A stretch of 63,113 bases of DNA, the filler included, from Intoshia linei (Eukaryota > Animalia > Orthonectida), in assembly GCA_001642005.1 (NCBI GenBank). It is 9 parts of 9 records of this genome, joined end to end, with 100 filler letters (N's around TTAATTAATTAA, not from the genome) between each part and the next. Parts side by side here need not be neighbours in the genome. Positions count along the whole stretch, not along the records: positions 49,761 to 58,650 come from LWCA01001409.1; positions 58,751 to 61,829 come from LWCA01002148.1; positions 61,930 to 63,113 come from LWCA01002742.1; 6 more parts are not named here. One strand, written 5' to 3'. The position numbers and the translations under genes are program-made. The notes below the pieces were generated by a model, which made no database searches, had not been told where the DNA came from, and worked only from the letters and a program-made list of their open reading frames with translations. Numbering within the stretch: position 1 is the first letter of the stretch; each line of letters opens with the position of its first letter. Shown piece after piece: positions 58,211-63,113 of the stretch.

Positions 58211-59233
58211 TTTTTAAAAAATTTAGTAAACTTTAATTAATTTATGACACTACAGCAACGTAATATAAAATTTGTATTAACTGAAACGTGTTATTTTTTT
58301 TTATTGATAATTGTTACAAATTTAACATAAAATGGTACAAAAAAAACTACATTCAGTAGCTAACAGTCCAAAATAATGAAAATGAGACGTTTCAATGAGT
58401 CTCAAAAAGAACATGATATCCGAAATAGGTAAGACAACAATTGTTTTTTTAATTAATCATCATACTGTATTCATTCTGATTTACATTTAGGAAAATTTTT
58501 AGTAGACAATCCAATTTTTTTATAAAACAAAGAAAAATGCTAAAAGTAGGGACACATTTTTAACATCAATCATTTTTATATTACAATCTTTTGCAGTAAT
58601 GGTAAAATTCGACTGAAATATTTATAAAGTGAAGATTCAATTAATTATTGNNNNNNNNNNNNNNNNNNNNNNNNNNNNNNNNNNNNNNNNNNNNTTAATT
58701 AATTAANNNNNNNNNNNNNNNNNNNNNNNNNNNNNNNNNNNNNNNNNNNNAAGTGCAATTTTTATTAAAATTTTCAATTTGACTTAGCGCGATTGCACTG
58801 TATTTTTATTTTTATTTATGCCGTAAATACAAATTGTAAATAAATGTATTAGATATTTTTTTGTGTCTACGATCCTTTTCTAACTGTTGATATGAAATAA
58901 TATGAATATATTTAAAACTATGTATTCAATAGTGTCGATTAAATTGATTTTTAAAAAAGATTTTACTCCTTTTTATACCAAATAACTGTCAAATCCTTTC
59001 ATTTAACTCAAAATGAAAGAATTAATCATACTTTTTATTTCATGTATTTGAAAAGTTTATTTATATTTTGCATGGAACAACCTATTTTATTCGTCCGATT
59101 ATAAACCAAATTAATTCGATCCAATGTTATATAGTTAATTTAATTATATTGATTTAAAAAATATGTACATTTTTCGACATTTCCCTCTATAGTGAACCTG
59201 TTGTATCCAATAACTTTGTAAATATTAACTACA

Positions 59234-60004
59234 TCCTTACTTATATAATATGCTACGCGATTTTTGTTTATGTGTGTATTCCACTTTATTGAAATAACTA
59301 CCAGTCTTAGATTTTATTAAGTCCACATTTCAATTACAGTTTTTTCCGAGACGTATAATAAAATAAATTTCAATCTCTCCACTCACATCTTACGGGTCAC
59401 AAATCCCAATTGTCCCTCTTTTTGAAAATCAAATGAGTTAAAGAATTTAAAAAAATATATACGCTGATACGGATTTTAAAATCATAAACATTATCATAAT
59501 TTTAAAAAAATTATCATTTTTATATTATATATTGAAATTCATCACATTGAAAATGACAAAATAGGTTTTTATAATTTTATTTTTTCTGAGAGTTATCACA
59601 TTTATGACAATTTTTAGGATTGGACTGTTTTTACTTTATTTTTAATATTATACACACATTTTGTCTAATAAAATTGGACTGTTTTTACTTTATTTTTAAT
59701 ATTATACACACATTCTGTCTAATAAAATTAAAAATGGGATAACAATTGTTTTTAAAATTTACGAAAATGTTAACAAACAAAAAATTAAGATCGACTAATT
59801 CACTTTAAAGTATAAGTAATTTGATATGATGGTTCCACCTTAAAAAAATTTGGGAACCACTCCTTTAATGGATTGATAATAGTGAATAGTAGGATTTTTA
59901 AGTTAGATTTTCAACGTGAATCTATTTATTATGTATAATAAAAATATTTGTATAACCGTATATTGTAATAACTTTTTGTACCTAGTACGTAACAGTCAAC
60001 CTAA
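59234..60004 (+). mobile_element. Non-autonomous Helitron with both termini
   Basis: A|TCCTTACTTATATAATATGCTACG ... aacagtcaacCTAA|T. Confidence 0.8.
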
Positions 60005-63000
60005 TGTGTATATAAAATGGACGGATAACGCTTTTGTATGTAAAGTTATTCAATTTATTATACTAGTTATAATTTTTACCTTAGATTCTAATTCCATGAA
60101 AAATACATCCATTTTTTTTTCAAATTTTTCTTGATAATCGCTTGAATAACCCATGATGTTTTAAAATCAATACTATAATATATTTCAAATGAAATGAATT
60201 TACTGTTTAAATATTTATCTAGATTCTAGAATACACATATTCTTTATAAAATGCAAGTAGTCATTCATTTATCGATTAAACGATATATACCAATTTAGCG
60301 TTACCATTGAACTGAGACGAGATTTAAACTAGAATAAATGAATTTAATTTTTTTTAAATTATCAATTTTTTTGTTAATTAATGCATTTTTTGTAAATTAC
60401 TATTTATTATTTACTTTTTGTAATGTTTATTTCTAGATCATCTTATATTAAAAATTAATATTGGTTTTCTATCTTTGTCTTGATGAATAAGTAAAGTAAC
60501 CGAATATAAGATAACAATGCATTCCGCTATGTTGTACTGGGTTTTTTCAAATTGTTGTACAAAAGTTGTACTAAAAAGCATTTTCTGAAACTAAAAGTAT
60601 AGTTACATGATGTACATTAGGGTGTCACACCCATCAAAGAATCAAGGATGGTTAGCGTGCAAATGGTGTATTTTAGGGAAAAACCAATTAATATACAATT
60701 TTATTTGATAAAAATATCTACTCGCTGTGCGTTTAACATTTTAAATAAATTGTTACAAATCTTATAGTAAAATTAAAATATAACTTTATTTTTTTAAAAA
60801 CAGTATTATAGTGAATTTTCATCACCGTTTATAACTTAACATCATACTTTTTTAATTTTCATTCTAGCTGTCTTAGTTCGATTTTTATCAACGATTAAAT
60901 TTTCAAAATTTTTTTTTAATTTTACATTTATACCCTAAATTTAAGGAAAATATTTTTACTGTTATATAATTACTGTTTTTAATTGATGTAAATATTTATT
61001 TTCTATACATTAGCTGTATGTTTACATAAAAAAAATAGTTTTTTCATTTATTTATATTTGAAATTGCATAATCAATCTTTGTATCTCATTTATGCATTTA
61101 TAAACACGTTAATATTGTTACATCAAAGTATAGTTACCACGATGATGTATTCAAGCAAGAAAAACTTCAGAAGATAAAAGAACTTCATTGTGAAAATATA
61201 AATTGGCAAATAACCAAATTTATTTATTAAACATTAACATTCATTTTATATTGTTAAACTCTTCAAGTCAACCACTAGAGTTTGTTACAACTGTTGACCA
61301 CTTGTTACAAATATATTTATTATTTTTATCCAGAAAGTTATTCACATTTTTTGCATTCAAATTTATGTCATGCAAAAATAACAATGTTTTTTTAACTCAC
61401 AGATTGACACATAAAAAATTCAAATAATATGGGAATCAAGAAAATATGTACATTGCTTCGTTTGAAAACCCTCTGAAAGCACTAAATATTTTTTATATTT
61501 ATTTTTAACGTGTAGTTGTTCCCAAATACGATTCACAAAGTAAATATTGCATTGATGTCATGAAAAATTGTCTATATTCACAATGTATCCTACTAAATTC
61601 TTTCTAATGATATGATCATTAGCAATTTAGTAGTTTTCAATCATGACTGCATTTCAATTTAACTGAATGAATACATTAAATCAGTGGTTCTCAAATGGGG
61701 GGCTTGGCCCCACATAGGGGTCTTCAGAGTCTGAGGGGGGCGCAGATTTAAGAAAAATTTTAAAATTAAATAAGTATTTTTAACATTAATTTGATTTAGT
61801 ATTTGATATTTAATTAATATATTCTTGAANNNNNNNNNNNNNNNNNNNNNNNNNNNNNNNNNNNNNNNNNNNNTTAATTAATTAANNNNNNNNNNNNNNN
61901 NNNNNNNNNNNNNNNNNNNNNNNNNNNNNTGAAATATTTCATAGGTATTTAAGGTTTTTTTTCATACCTTTAAAGGGATATACAAAGTATTTATCTTCAA
62001 AAATTTAAATCAACTTTTTAGGGTAATATTTTATTATATATTACTGAATATATTTACTCTCTTAAGCGGTATTTTTTTAGAAAATTTAAAAAAATGTAGA
62101 TTATAGGTTAACTTTTTAACACTTGTAAGTTTCATTTAGTAATTTCAATGTAATAATAAGTGAGTTCAGTGATTTCAACGGTAATTAAAATTTTTCAATA
62201 TTATTATTATATTTTTAAACTAATTATATGATTTTATTTATATATTTGTCACCAAAATTAAGTAGTTTTTGATTCAGTTTGATCATTTTTTGAATTTTTT
62301 TCTATAGTAAATTTAATAATTATTATTTCTTGTATATTATTAATTTAATAAAATAGAATTCAAACCAATTTCAGGTTTAAATGATTTGGGTTTATTGTGT
62401 TTTCAACATTCTGATAGTTTCGACAGTGAAACCAATCAAAATCCATTAAATAGGAAATCAATGAATTCGCCAAACTCAAGATTGTGTTATGTTAATGATG
62501 TTAATCAAATTAGAGTATATTTTAAACATTTTCTGTTATATTTTTCAATTGACTTATCCGTTTGTCAAATTGTATAATCACTCTCCGAGTTATTTGTAGG
62601 AATTTAGATTCATTTTGTAGTTAATGTTAATGTTTGTTATTGGAATAAGGATTGACATCGTTTAATCTCGTTTTACTTGAATTAACCTTGAAAGTCATTT
62701 ATTTCATTTAAAAATTTCATTAAAACTTATTATTAGCATAAGCATTATATCAAAATTTAAAACTGTGATTACTTCTTATTTTTTTAAAGTGTAATCAAAG
62801 AAATATTCTACAGTTTAGACTAAACCCAAATGAAATTGAAAAGTCTATACCTTTTAACAACGTGACCGTGTCATTTGAATATCATTATATATGTAATATA
62901 TTAGGAATTAGTCAACACACTTGCAAAGAGATCTGTGATAGCTATTGATTTAGAGCACCACAACAAGCATTCCTATTTGGGTAATTTTATAATATAATGT

Positions 63001-63113
63001 GGCTAAATTGATTTTTGTATCTATTGAATTTAAGCTACACTGTACATCCCAAAAATTTTATTTTACATATGTATTATTTAATTTAAATATTTTAACATTA
63101 TAAAATATAATAA

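Noticed and set aside
62357-62577. Plus-strand exon-like ORF
   Set aside because: No recognisable homology and no in-frame downstream exon found

Overview
Very AT-rich animal (metazoan) genomic DNA, not prokaryotic. It has nine contig pieces joined by eight artificial 100-nt spacers (N44-TTAATTAATTAA-N44). Genes have many 32-43 nt GT-AG introns plus a few introns inflated by transposons. This looks like a compact, divergent invertebrate genome; an orthonectid such as Intoshia is my inference only. Hand-spliced genes: Max (absent from the ORF track), UBE2C, an invertebrate claudin, a CXorf65/C22orf15-family gene, a possible TCAIM-like gene, Blimp-1/PRDM1 with no visible PR/SET domain, PHB2 (partial), PSMA6 (3' part), RPL37, HDAC1/Rpd3, SAM synthetase (3' part), UBXN4 (with frame breaks), a PPIB-type cyclophilin, an ATP9 flippase, NDRG (3' part), an SLC5A8/SMVT-type transporter (5' part) and CFAP47 (3' part). 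Non-coding DNA is dominated by a non-autonomous Helitron family, hAT MITEs with 8-bp TSDs, and dead Tc1/mariner, piggyBac and hAT transposase remnants. I found no CRISPR array, rRNA or tRNA, and no clear-cut novel system. Best leads: the Helitron family, the frame-broken UBXN4, the PR-less Blimp-1 and a candidate poison exon in RPL37.
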